Below are positions 26,638 through 37,800 of a stretch of DNA of 64,000 nt, in pieces. A program made the position numbers and the translations under genes. Each line of letters begins with the position of its first letter. The stretch's first letter is position 1. The stretch is from a virus: the IMG/VR virus record IMGVR_UViG_3300032245_000795, positions 1-64,000 of that record; one strand, written 5' to 3'. Below the pieces are notes generated by a model. That model searched no databases and was not told where the DNA came from. It saw only the letters and a list, made by a program, of their open reading frames with translations.

Positions 26638-27345
26638 ATGTACGATGAAAATAGTAACATATGGTTTACTAAAGATAGGTCAGAAACAGCATCAAATAGA
26701 ATGAACTCTAGACCTGTTAATGAAATAATTACTGTTGAAAATCCAGGTTTAGGATTAAATATTTATAGGAATGTATTTTCTTCTCAAGATGCAGAAAGAT
26801 ATATAAATGTGCTGGAATCAAATTTAACTGGCAATAAGAAATATAAATGGTCAGAAGCACAGGTAACTAATTCCACTGTTCCAATTAAAAAAGCAAGGGA
26901 TGCTGTAGACTTTAAGTACAAGCAAGAAAATCTTGGACCAAGAGATGAAACAAACTCTGAATTAATAGACCTACATGAAGAAATATATCAAAAGTTAAAG
27001 TATTGTGTAGATGATTATGCAAGATACTGGGGAATTAATGTTGTATACTACGAGGCCTTTAATTTTGTAAAGTACGAAGGAGAGGGCACTCACTTTAATA
27101 TTCACGCAGACCATGGCCCAGCATATAACTGCACAGTCTCTGCTGTTATTTATATTAATGACAACTATGAAGGCGGAGAGATTAAATTTCCACGACTAGA
27201 TAACTATATCCATACACCAAAAGTTGGAGACATAGCAATATTTCCATCAAACTATATTTATGAGCATGCATCACTTCCAATGAAGTCAGGCACAAAGTAT
27301 TGTGTTGTTATTATGACTGACATTAATGAGTTAGGCCATAAGTAG
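26638..27345 (+). CDS. 2OG-Fe(II) oxygenase, P4H-like
   Basis: HAD...YEGGE...HASLPMKSGTK. Confidence 0.9.
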   Translation: MYDENSNIWFTKDRSETASNRMNSRPVNEIITVENPGLGLNIYRNVFSSQDAERYINVLESNLTGNKKYKWSEAQVTNSTVPIKKARDAVDFKYKQENLGPRDETNSELIDLHEEIYQKLKYCVDDYARYWGINVVYYEAFNFVKYEGEGTHFNIHADHGPAYNCTVSAVIYINDNYEGGEIKFPRLDNYIHTPKVGDIAIFPSNYIYEHASLPMKSGTKYCVVIMTDINELGHK

Positions 27346-28121
27346 TGAGCGAAAAATCTAAAGTAGCAATCTTTAGATCCTTTAGGCCCTGGTTAAAAAA
27401 AGAAAGTCAAAATGTTCCAACACCAACACAGGGTGTAATTCCAAACTGGTATAAGGATGCTGATAGATTTGCCAAAATGCCAAATGGAGAATACTACAAG
27501 GCTACAAAAGAGGTTTGTCCATTTCCTAAAGAAGGAACTACAGATGACTATGGCAAAATTCCTACATGGAAAGCCTGTCCAGCAATTATGGATGCATTCT
27601 CAACTGGCTATGTATTTAAAACACCATGCGATTTAATATTTGCTAAAAATTCTCAGGGAATAATTAATGTCACAGTTAGTGATAGTAAATATAAAGACTT
27701 TTGCACACAAAGGCCACCAATGCCACAGTTTGAGCATCCCAAAGGATACTATCAACATCATTTTGCTTGGAGTTCAGACTGGGGCCTTGAATTGCCAGAA
27801 GGTTATAGTTCATTGTTTATGACACCAATGAATAGGTTTGATCTTCCATTTTTAAATACAACTGGAGTCGTTGATTCTGACAAAGTACATCTTTTAGGAA
27901 GTTTTCCATTCTTTATAATTGAAGGTTGGGAAGGAACAATTCCAGCAGGAACACCATATCTTCAAGTTATTCCATTTAAGAGAGAAAACTGGGAACACGA
28001 AATACAAATTTTAGATCAGTCTGAAATTTATGATAAAATGGTTAAGAACATGCAGTTTTACCGTCAGCCAGATGGCGGTGTATACAAAAATAAAGTATGG
28101 TCAAGAAGAGAATATAGATAA
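27345..28121 (+). CDS. conserved phage protein (DUF6065-related, possible dUTPase-like fold)
   Basis: KACPA..D....GY; IPAGTPYLQVIPFKRE. Confidence 0.55.
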   Translation: MSEKSKVAIFRSFRPWLKKESQNVPTPTQGVIPNWYKDADRFAKMPNGEYYKATKEVCPFPKEGTTDDYGKIPTWKACPAIMDAFSTGYVFKTPCDLIFAKNSQGIINVTVSDSKYKDFCTQRPPMPQFEHPKGYYQHHFAWSSDWGLELPEGYSSLFMTPMNRFDLPFLNTTGVVDSDKVHLLGSFPFFIIEGWEGTIPAGTPYLQVIPFKRENWEHEIQILDQSEIYDKMVKNMQFYRQPDGGVYKNKVWSRREYR

Positions 28122-28132
28122 GGAATAAAACA

Positions 28133-28816
28133 ATGCAGACATGGACAGAAAAACAAGATCTTGGAAATGGCATATATCTTTATAAGAATGTCATTAAAAA
28201 AGAGTTTGATGTAATAAATAGGCTAGAGTCTTCTTTAGGTTCTGTTGCTGATTATGGTAAGTTATCAGCAGAAGGGAAGATTTATCACTGGATGCCAGCA
28301 TATGTAGGATACCAGCAACTTATGCCAGAGTATAGAGACTGTGTAGATTTTAAATTTAAAAAATCAGACATAGAATTAGATAAAAACGAAGACTCTTTAA
28401 AACTACAAGCGCTTTGGCAAGATATATATGATGCACAATTTGAGGCAGTTGAAGACTACAGAAGAGTCCATAATATTATGCCACTAAAATATTGGGAGGC
28501 ATTTAACTTTATTAAGTATGGTCCAGGACAACACTTTAAAGAGCACCACGATCATGGATATTCATACAACTGTACAGTATCTCTTGTTGCATATGTTAAT
28601 GATGACTACGAAGGCGGAGAACTTTTTTTTAGATTGCAGGGTTTAAATATTAAACCAGAGGCTGGAGATTTGTTTATATTTCCATCTAATTTTATGTATC
28701 CTCATCAAGCAATGCCAGTGCATTCTGGTACAAAATATTCTATTGTTACTATGCTTGATTATAGTAAAAAGTACCACACACCAGACATGTATGATCCAAA
28801 GTGGGATAAAGAATAG
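28133..28816 (+). CDS. 2OG-Fe(II) oxygenase, P4H-like
   Basis: HHD...YEGGE...HQAMPVHSGTK. Confidence 0.9.
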   Translation: MQTWTEKQDLGNGIYLYKNVIKKEFDVINRLESSLGSVADYGKLSAEGKIYHWMPAYVGYQQLMPEYRDCVDFKFKKSDIELDKNEDSLKLQALWQDIYDAQFEAVEDYRRVHNIMPLKYWEAFNFIKYGPGQHFKEHHDHGYSYNCTVSLVAYVNDDYEGGELFFRLQGLNIKPEAGDLFIFPSNFMYPHQAMPVHSGTKYSIVTMLDYSKKYHTPDMYDPKWDKE

Positions 28817-29529
28817 TGATAAATATATCAGTTGAAAAAATGAGGGGTAATCCTTTTATTATTTCACCAATGTCTATTAAAAGAGATTGGATGGATGCAA
28901 CCTCAGAAAAGCATGCATATAGATGTTTTCCAGTTACACAAGCAAATGTTATCGGCTGGAGCCTTTCTTGCATAGAAGACATATCTTTTATTTGGGACGG
29001 AATAAATGATCAAACTCAAGACCATATTAAAATTCTTTTTGCACCAGAAGGATCTTATGCTGGTAGAGGGCAATCATCTATTAGTTTTAATACTGGATTA
29101 ATTTTTAAAACTGAAAATGATTTAAGCATTCTTACAATAAACCCAGTAAATTATTTTAGTGAAGACTTTGAAACAATGTCTAGTCTAATTAGTACATCAT
29201 TTTTTGACAACCCTATTCCATTAGCAATTAAAGCAAAATCAGCAAATAAAGAGATAGTCATAAAGGCTGGAACACCATTAGCAACAATAATTCCTATATC
29301 TTTAACTAATCTAAATAACAGTACAATAGAAATATTAAACTATGAAGATCCAGACAGATCAAGAACTAATGCAAATATTTCTTACGGTGAAGCAGCACAG
29401 GTTATTAATCAATCTGGCAAATGGACTGACTGGTATAGAGATGCCATTAACGAAAAAGGAGAAGTTAAAGGTAAGCATGAGACAAAAACTTTAAAACTTT
29501 ACGTAAACGATAATACGGTTAGCCAATGA
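28816..29529 (+). CDS. DUF6065-like protein
   Basis: RDWMD.T..HAYRCFP...AN..GW; IKAGTPLATIIP. Confidence 0.65.
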   Translation: MINISVEKMRGNPFIISPMSIKRDWMDATSEKHAYRCFPVTQANVIGWSLSCIEDISFIWDGINDQTQDHIKILFAPEGSYAGRGQSSISFNTGLIFKTENDLSILTINPVNYFSEDFETMSSLISTSFFDNPIPLAIKAKSANKEIVIKAGTPLATIIPISLTNLNNSTIEILNYEDPDRSRTNANISYGEAAQVINQSGKWTDWYRDAINEKGEVKGKHETKTLKLYVNDNTVSQ

Positions 29530-29981
29530 GTGAATTAAATCAAATTAACGATATCATATTAAATAACTATATTGAAGACTCTAAAAACGGTAAGGTAAGT
29601 CATTACATGATTGCTGTTGCAAGAGATGGAGAAAGCCCAGTAAGATCAATAATTTCTTTTGATAATATTGAGCAGGCTTTAGAGGGCTACAATATGTATC
29701 AAGATGCTGGTTTTGCAAAAGAATATTTGACTGTATCTTTGTATGAGCCCCTAGGAAAAATTACCACAAAAGTTTTAAAAAGAAATCATGCTGGAGATCC
29801 ATCATTTGTTAGACAAAACTATATAGATACAGTGGAAGCACTGCATCTTGTTAAAGATAAGTTAAATAAAAAAGATTATGAAGACTTATGTATTAAGATT
29901 GTTACATCATTTGCAAAGGATAATTGGAGATTTAATGCAGACAGATTCTTGAAGCAATTAGAGATTGAGAGAGATATTTAG
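29526..29981 (+). CDS. fusion of homologs of early genes 3290..3508 and 4363..4548
   Basis: pairwise motif identity, see findings. Confidence 0.8.
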   Translation: MSELNQINDIILNNYIEDSKNGKVSHYMIAVARDGESPVRSIISFDNIEQALEGYNMYQDAGFAKEYLTVSLYEPLGKITTKVLKRNHAGDPSFVRQNYIDTVEALHLVKDKLNKKDYEDLCIKIVTSFAKDNWRFNADRFLKQLEIERDI

Positions 29982-30009
29982 GATTTAAACCCTATGATAT
30001 AATCAAGTT

Positions 30010-30684
30010 ATGGAAAATAATAATCCTTCTGTTGTAATAAGAAAGCCCTCAATGACACCTTCTGGCTGGTTTGGCGACAGCAAAGATATGATTGTAGAGT
30101 TGGAAAACTTTATGACAGAAGAAGAAATAGTGTTTTTAGAAAATGCTGCAAAGTCGTTGACAATTTGGGATGTAACAGAGACGCATGTAAATGAAAATGG
30201 AACAATCGTGTATGATTCAAATTATTGGAAAGACAGAGTTGCAACAAAGCCAACTTTAGATAAAAATGATTCTGCGATTGCTCCAGTTGTTGCAGGACTA
30301 TTTGAAAGACTAAAGCCAATTGTCGAAGAATTCTATAAGGTAGAGGTTATTCCTACTGGACCAACCATTGTTAAATGGTTACCAGGACAAAGACAAAATC
30401 CTCATGCAGATAAAGAACTTCATGAAGGTCCAGATGCAGGACTTCCAAATGATTTTCCAAACTATGATCTTTCAAGCCTATTTTATTTAAATGACGATTA
30501 TGAAGGTGGAGAACTTTACTTTCCCTTGCAAGGCGTTCAATTTAAGCCTAAAAAGGGTGCAGCATATTTTTTCCCAGGAGATAAAAATTTTATTCACGGA
30601 GTTACAGAGATTAAAAGTGGTCTAAGGTTTACCTGCCCATTCTTTTGGGAAATTATAAAGCATACTGGAGATAGACAGCCATGA
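30010..30684 (+). CDS. 2OG-Fe(II) oxygenase
   Basis: HAD...YLNDDYEGGE...HGVTEIKSGLR. Confidence 0.9.
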   Translation: MENNNPSVVIRKPSMTPSGWFGDSKDMIVELENFMTEEEIVFLENAAKSLTIWDVTETHVNENGTIVYDSNYWKDRVATKPTLDKNDSAIAPVVAGLFERLKPIVEEFYKVEVIPTGPTIVKWLPGQRQNPHADKELHEGPDAGLPNDFPNYDLSSLFYLNDDYEGGELYFPLQGVQFKPKKGAAYFFPGDKNFIHGVTEIKSGLRFTCPFFWEIIKHTGDRQP

Positions 30685-31427
30685 ACCTAAACAATAAAAA
30701 ACGAATTACAAAAGACATTGTTGTTTATGAAAATTTTGTTAGTGCTGAAGAGTGTTCTAAAATGATTAATGCTTTAGATGCACAAGCAGCAAATGGAAAA
30801 ATATCATGGATGCCAATATCTTTTTATGAGTCATATTCATCTGTCTTGCCACAAGACAATGATCAAGAAGTGTTGGATGCTGGCCTTATCCCAACAATTT
30901 TTTCAGACATTGAAAAAATGATGCCAGAGGCTATAGCATCAGTTCACGATCTTGATCCAAAGATTATATCTAAGATTGGATATCACACACAAAAGTGGGA
31001 GCCAGGAGCATATGCAAGAATTCACTCTGACAACACTGATCACGAAGGCAACTCTGGAGCATTTACAAGAAGTAGATATGCTGGATTTTTATATTTAAAT
31101 GATAACTTTGAAGGTGGACTGCTTAGATTCCCAGATCAAAATATTGAGATTCAACCTAAGACAGGTATGCTTGCTGTTTTTGACGGGGGATTTAATAATA
31201 TGCACGAAGTATCCCTAATAGAAAGTGGAGTAAGATATACAATTGGGTCTTTCTGGGATGACAGAGAAGAGTCTGACTATCCACAAGAACTAAGAGATGC
31301 TTGGGCAGAAGAAATGCGAGATACAAGAGCCAAACAGGAAATTGAAAGAGCGCAATGGCAAGAGTTACTTAGAGAAGGATACAAAATAGACATGAATAAT
31401 AATAAATATAAGGTTGGAGATAATTAA
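30681..31427 (+). CDS. 2OG-Fe(II) oxygenase
   Basis: HSD...YLNDNFEGG...HEVSLIESGVR. Confidence 0.9.
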   Translation: MNLNNKKRITKDIVVYENFVSAEECSKMINALDAQAANGKISWMPISFYESYSSVLPQDNDQEVLDAGLIPTIFSDIEKMMPEAIASVHDLDPKIISKIGYHTQKWEPGAYARIHSDNTDHEGNSGAFTRSRYAGFLYLNDNFEGGLLRFPDQNIEIQPKTGMLAVFDGGFNNMHEVSLIESGVRYTIGSFWDDREESDYPQELRDAWAEEMRDTRAKQEIERAQWQELLREGYKIDMNNNKYKVGDN

Positions 31428-31428
31428 C

Positions 31429-32094
31429 ATGGGAATTTTTCTAGAAAAAGAGTTTACAGATGCTAACTATGAAATAGAGGTTTTGCATGGAGGTATATTG
31501 GCTATTAAAAACTTTATATCGGATGAAGAATTAGAAACAATTTGGAAAATAATTAATAATGCTACAGAAGCAGATTGGGGTATAGAGTATACAAAAAATC
31601 TTGCCAGATTCTGTATGGAAAAGTTTGGAAGAGACGATGTTGAAAACTTAGTTGCTGAAGGCAAATTTGAGATTACTCTTGGCTGGGAAGATAAAAACCT
31701 AAACATTGTTCACGAACCAATCACTGTTACTTTACAGAGAAGACTTGGAGATTTGATTCAATTGTCTGATCCATCTTTAGAACTTGCTGGTTTTGGAACA
31801 CTACAAAGAATGCAGCACGGAGTTGAGTTGAAGTCTCATACAGATCAGCACACAGATCCATCTATTAGATATGCTGCTATACTATACATCAATGACGACT
31901 ATAAAGAAGGAACTTTGTTCTTTGAAAATAAGCCAGGGTCTGATTTAAGACCAAACCCAAAGACATTGCTTATTTTCCCAGGGACTGAAGAATACGAACA
32001 CGGAGTAAGACCTGTAGGCAAAGACAGCCCAATTAGATATGTAACTGTTGGGTTTATTAAGGTTAGAGGTTGGTATGAAAATAATAAATATTAA
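31429..32094 (+). CDS. 2OG-Fe(II) oxygenase
   Basis: HTD...YINDDYKEG...HGVRPV....IR. Confidence 0.88.
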   Translation: MGIFLEKEFTDANYEIEVLHGGILAIKNFISDEELETIWKIINNATEADWGIEYTKNLARFCMEKFGRDDVENLVAEGKFEITLGWEDKNLNIVHEPITVTLQRRLGDLIQLSDPSLELAGFGTLQRMQHGVELKSHTDQHTDPSIRYAAILYINDDYKEGTLFFENKPGSDLRPNPKTLLIFPGTEEYEHGVRPVGKDSPIRYVTVGFIKVRGWYENNKY

Positions 32095-32106
32095 AGGAGA
32101 TACACT

Positions 32107-32736
32107 ATGAACAGAGAGATACTTGAAGAAAAGGTTTATTACTACACAGATGTAATTGAAGACCCAAAGAAACTTGTTGACGCAATTGAAAACGATAACA
32201 AAGATCCTTGGGGAGAGTGGATGGCTTGCAGCGGACAAGCCTATGTTTATGGAACCGATAAGACTATTGCTTTAACAGCAAATGCTGATGAAAAAGATAA
32301 ATATATTTACAACACTTTACAAAAGGCTTTTGATGATGTAGCAAGAGATTATGCAAATGCTCAGGGAATCACTGATGAACCAAAATTGTTTCCACAGTAT
32401 CCTATTAAGAAATACCAGCCAGGAACATATATGGGTGCACACTTTGATCAGCAAGAAGGCGATGAAAGACTAAAGGTTTCTTTTGTAATGTATCTTAATG
32501 ATGACTATGAAGGAGGAGAAATATCTTTTACTATTGCATCTCCAAATGGTGTTTTGCAAAATTCTAGTCCAGATCCAGATTTTGCAAAAGCAGAACAATA
32601 TAAAAATTATACTTTTGCTGTAAAACCAAAAGCAGGCAGTATTATTGTGTTTCCTCCATCACCACCATATCATCACACCGCTCATTTAGTTAAAAGTGGT
32701 GAAAAGATTATGGTTCCACAACACTGGATACACTAA
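32107..32736 (+). CDS. 2OG-Fe(II) oxygenase
   Basis: HFD...YLNDDYEGGE...HTAHLVKSGEK. Confidence 0.9.
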   Translation: MNREILEEKVYYYTDVIEDPKKLVDAIENDNKDPWGEWMACSGQAYVYGTDKTIALTANADEKDKYIYNTLQKAFDDVARDYANAQGITDEPKLFPQYPIKKYQPGTYMGAHFDQQEGDERLKVSFVMYLNDDYEGGEISFTIASPNGVLQNSSPDPDFAKAEQYKNYTFAVKPKAGSIIVFPPSPPYHHTAHLVKSGEKIMVPQHWIH

Positions 32737-32830
32737 ACAATAACCCTAAACAATATATTTAGGTAGAGTTTTACTTTTTTAAAAACTCTGCTATACTTAA
32801 GACTATTCCGTTTTTGAAAGGACGATACAC

Positions 32831-34864
32831 ATGTCAGATTTTTTTAGTTTTAAACTTCCAGAAGATTTTGTAGAAAAGTACAAGAATATAGAAAGTCCAT
32901 TTGGTTTTAAAGATGCAGCAGAAAATTCACTTGGAGAAATTACTTTTATTCGTACATATTCTCGTATGAAGGAAGATGGAACTAAGGAAAGATGGCATGA
33001 AGTTTGTCGTCGTGTAATTGAGGGTATGTACTCAGTACAAAAAAATCATGCTAAAGAAAACCGATTGCCATGGAATGATTATAAGGCTCAGAAGTCAGCA
33101 CAAGAAGCATTCCAAAGAATGTTTGAATTAAAGTGGACCCCACCAGGTAGAGGTATGTGGGCATTTGGAACTCCTATGACTATGGAGAAGAAGAACTCAG
33201 CAGCACTACAGAACTGTGCAATGGTTTCAACAAAGGACCTTGATAAGAACGATCCAGGAGCATTGTTTGCTTGGGTAATGGATGCATTGATGCTTGGCAT
33301 TGGTGTGGGGTTTGACACGGTAGGACAGGATAAGAATTTTTCAATCTATGCCCCAACAGAACCAGAACAGGTGTTCGAAATTCCAGACACTCGTGAAGGA
33401 TGGGTAGAGTCAGTTAGACTTCTAATCAACTCATATCTTAGAGCAAATCAGAGCATTCAGAAGTTTAACTATGACTTGATCAGACCTCTTGGAGCACCTA
33501 TTAAGGGCTTTGGAGGCGTTGCATCAGGACCTGCACCTCTTATCAAGTTGCATGACCAGATAGACCGTGTAATAGGCTCCAGAGGCGGAGAAACACTAGA
33601 CTCTCGTGCCATTGTAGACCTGGTAAATCTAATTGGTACCTGCGTGGTATCAGGCAATGTTCGTAGATCAGCAACACTTGCTTTGGGTAACGCAGGGGAT
33701 GAAACATTTATGAACCTAAAGAATTCAGAGATATTCCCAGAGCGTAACTCATTTGATCCAGAAAATCCAGGTTGGGCTTGGATGTCTAATAATTCTATTT
33801 CAGCAGAAGTAGGAACAAAGTACGAAGACTATGTAGATTTAATTACAGAAAACGGAGAACCAGGTTTTATCTGGCTTGATGTTGCTCGTAATTATGGACG
33901 ACTAAAGGATGCGCCAGACGGTAAGGATTACCGTGTGATGGGATTTAACCCATGTGCGGAGCAGCCATTGGAATCATACGAATTATGTACACTTGTAGAA
34001 GTGCACTTGAATCGTCATGAATCTAAGGAGGACTTCCTGCGTACCCTTAAGTTTGCATACCTTTATGGAAAGACTGTAACGCTTGTTCCAACACACTGGC
34101 CACAAACAAACGGTATCATGCAACGCAACCGTCGTATTGGTACATCACTAACAGGTATTGCATCATTTGCAGATCAAAAGGGTTTGCCAATTGTTCGTGA
34201 GTGGATGGACGAAGGATACAACAAGATCCGTCACTATGACCACCAGTATTCAGAATGGCTTTGTGTTCGTGAATCAATTCGTGTAACAACAGTTAAGCCA
34301 TCAGGATCAGTTTCAATTCTTTCTGGTGCAACTCCTGGAGTTCACTGGGGTCCTGGAGGAAACTTCTTTCTTCGTGCAGTTAGATTTGGAAACACAGATC
34401 CAATGATGCACTTGTTTAAAGCAGCAGGGTACACAATTGAAGATGACGTAGTATCAGCAAATACATCAGTAGTCTACTTCCCAATCAAGTCAGGTCATCC
34501 ACGATCTGAAAAAGATGTAACATTATTTGAAAAAATTGCACTTGCTGCAACTGCTCAGAAGTACTGGTCTGACAATGGTGTTTCTGTAACATTATCATTT
34601 GACAAAGAAACAGAGTCAAAGCATGTTGTCCCAGCATTACACATGTATGAGGGACAATTAAAGGCAGTGTCATTCCTTCCAATGGGAAATGCTGTTTATC
34701 CTCAGCAGCCATATACTCAGATTACTGAAGAGCAGTATGAGTCATATATTGGCAAGTTGAAGCATATTGATTTTGGTGCAATTTATGACGGTATAGATAA
34801 CCTTGAAGCACAAGGAGAATCTTACTGCACAACAGACTACTGTGAAATAAAAATAAACAACTAG
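32831..34864 (+). CDS. nrdJ: class II (adenosylcobalamin-dependent) ribonucleotide reductase
   Basis: PPGRG, NCA, GNVRRSA, NPCAEQ, TTVKPSG, C-terminal CTTDYC. Confidence 0.93.
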   Translation: MSDFFSFKLPEDFVEKYKNIESPFGFKDAAENSLGEITFIRTYSRMKEDGTKERWHEVCRRVIEGMYSVQKNHAKENRLPWNDYKAQKSAQEAFQRMFELKWTPPGRGMWAFGTPMTMEKKNSAALQNCAMVSTKDLDKNDPGALFAWVMDALMLGIGVGFDTVGQDKNFSIYAPTEPEQVFEIPDTREGWVESVRLLINSYLRANQSIQKFNYDLIRPLGAPIKGFGGVASGPAPLIKLHDQIDRVIGSRGGETLDSRAIVDLVNLIGTCVVSGNVRRSATLALGNAGDETFMNLKNSEIFPERNSFDPENPGWAWMSNNSISAEVGTKYEDYVDLITENGEPGFIWLDVARNYGRLKDAPDGKDYRVMGFNPCAEQPLESYELCTLVEVHLNRHESKEDFLRTLKFAYLYGKTVTLVPTHWPQTNGIMQRNRRIGTSLTGIASFADQKGLPIVREWMDEGYNKIRHYDHQYSEWLCVRESIRVTTVKPSGSVSILSGATPGVHWGPGGNFFLRAVRFGNTDPMMHLFKAAGYTIEDDVVSANTSVVYFPIKSGHPRSEKDVTLFEKIALAATAQKYWSDNGVSVTLSFDKETESKHVVPALHMYEGQLKAVSFLPMGNAVYPQQPYTQITEEQYESYIGKLKHIDFGAIYDGIDNLEAQGESYCTTDYCEIKINN

Positions 34865-34889
34865 TCTTCTGTGGTAAAATAGACTTATA

Positions 34890-37800
34890 ATGTCTAATCC
34901 ATCAAACCTGTATGCAGAGAAAATATACGCAGAACATCCTGTTGCTCTTTGGGCACTGGATGATACTGCAGACTATATAAGTTTGATAACAGAGCCTAAA
35001 AGAAATCTCTTAAATTGGGAAATAGATAACGGATCAGCATCGTCCTATTCTTTATCTGATGAGCCCTTTTCAGAAAGTGGCACATTTAAAATAACGGGAG
35101 ATATAACATCAGAGTTATCTGGTCAAGTTGTATGTGTAAGTGAAAACATTATCAACTTTAGCCTTTTAAATAAAGAACTATCTACTTTTTCAATTGGTGG
35201 ATTCTTTAACTCTCTAAGTGCCTATGCATCTAGTTTTGAAATAGGCTATGAGTATTTTGACACAACCTCTGGAAACAAAGTTCAAAGATTAAAAAGTTAT
35301 CCAGTTTTTCTATACAATGAATGGTTTTTTATATCGGAAACTTTTGAAATGCCAGAAGATAATACAGAGTTTAAAGTTGTCGTAAAGATTAATTATATTG
35401 GTGGAGCAGCAGATACTAGCGATTATACTTTTTTGGTTAATGGTATAAGTGTTGGACAATGGTCTGAAGAGTTTAATTCTTCTTCTCTTGGGGTAACAAA
35501 AGAATTGCTGCCATCTGAAATAGCAATAGAAGAATCTTATGGAGTACCAGCAAGCGCCTATGGCCTTGAAGATAAAAAGGGATACTATCTTGTTTCTAAT
35601 AACAGCCTTATGGCAAAAAACACTGGTATACCTTTAGTATATGGTGCATCAAATCTTACAAAACTTTTACCAAACAAAGATCAAAATGGTCAACCAAAAC
35701 CATCTTTGATTATTCCAGGACTTGGTTTTATGGGAGAAGATGGCCACAACAAAGAATATACTTTGGAGACATGGATAAGAATAAATTCAGACTCTGTAAC
35801 AAAAAAAAGAATTATTGGTCCAATTGGATCTGATGATGGTTTATATGTTGACGGTCCATTTTTAACATTAAAGATAGGCTCAGTCTTTGGCTCATACTAT
35901 GTTGGAGAATGGACCAGGCCAATGCTTACGCATATCAGACTTTCTGAAAATAATGGTTCTCTTTTAGTAAACGGAGAAGAGGTAATATCTTTAACCTATT
36001 TGACCTCAGAGTTGAACTTTCCTAAAAGTATCTTGAATGAAAAAAATCAAGACTGGATAGGCTTTTATGCATACGAAGATGTTTCTCCAATAGAAATTGA
36101 TTGCGTTGCAATATATACTTATCAGGTTCCAGTAGTCCTTGCTAAAAAAAGATTTGTGTATGGCCAGGGAGTTGAATTTCCAGAGGGGATCAATCAAGCA
36201 TATAGTGGATCATCAATCTACATAGACTACCCATTTGCAGACTATACAAACAACTACTCTTATCCTTCACTTGGAAATTGGTCTCAAGGCATAGTAGATA
36301 ACCTTGAAATAAAAAATAATTTGCTTTCTACTCCAGACTATAGTCTTCCAGATATTGTCTTAGGCTCTGGCTCACTCAGTGAAATCTATGAAAGTTTAAA
36401 AAATCAACAAAATGAAAATGAAAATTTCTTTTCTTTTGGAAGTAACTCTGGTCATATGTACTTTGAAAATTTAAATTTCCTAAAAGAAAAGATAAGATCT
36501 TTTTATGGTTCATTTAAATTTTTATCTAACTCTCCAGACAAGCAGGTCTTATTCCGAGTTAATTCTGGAACATCTTCTAACTACTTTGAGATATATTCTG
36601 AAGGTCTTTCTGTTGTCTATAAATTGTACTATGGAGAAACTGAAAATATTCTTTTAACTCTTTCTGCTGTAGAAATAGGAGAAGTGTTTTCTGTAGGTAT
36701 TGACATAGACAAAATTTCTAAATATTTTGGTGGAACGGTTGCGTCGTTTTTTGGAAACTCAAACTCTTTAAGTTTTTATATTGCTGGAAATTCAAACCTA
36801 ACAGAAACATTTAGTGGAAGGATATATAAAGTAGGATTCTGTACCTCTAGAAATCACAAAAAGATAAATCAACTGTTTAATGAAAAAGGAATTGTTATAG
36901 AAAATGATAACGTTTTTCTTGAGTATTTACAAACCCCAGATGTAGAATACAACTCTACAGAAAATTATTTTGGAACTAATCCAGCAGAATGGGATACCCT
37001 GATAAGTGGAGGAGAAGTTTCTTCAGATGGTGCTGCTACACTTCAAGAACATACAGCAAGTTATACTCTATCACCATATTTATCATTTGATAAGTATTCT
37101 CTTGATATAGATATTCAAGGCTACTGGGAAGACTATGTTCCTCTTACATATTTTGCTCAATATGTAAAAGATAAAAAATATAAAGAATATTATGATCTAG
37201 ATTTTATTCAGTTTAATATAAACTATCCTTCACCTTCAGTGTTTGTAGAAGAAGAACAATTTGGATCCTGGACTTATAAGGAGTTGTCAGAAGAATATGG
37301 TAGTCCCGTTCAAAGAGATTATTCTTCTTTAGGAAATCAACTTTTTACTAACTACTTAAACTACGATGATTTAAAAAACAGAGCCTACAAAAACTACAAA
37401 TATGATACAAGTAATTCTCTTGTAAGATCTTACGTTACTTTTCAATATACAAAAAATGGAGCAAACCTTTCATCAGAAAATTTTATAAACATTGAGAAGC
37501 CTTCAAAAGATTCCATAGTTATTCCAGGTGAAGACTGGAACTATACTAAATATGAAGTTGTAGATAACATGATTATTTATCCCCCACTTAATTCAAATAT
37601 TTTAGACATTTCCTTAGTAACTCATTTAGAGTTTAAAGTAAAAGCAATACTAAAAAATAAAGTTTCTTTAAGAAGTTTGGAATATGCATCTCAAGCGTTT
37701 AATGCAACATCTACAAACCCTATAGGAACTAGATTTGGTAATGAGATATATCCATACAAAAAGTCTGGATTCTATTATGATTATAAAAGCCAAAATCCTT

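Noticed and set aside
32831-34864. Intein or intron in nrdJ
   Set aside because: Length and motifs are continuous, with no insertion evident.
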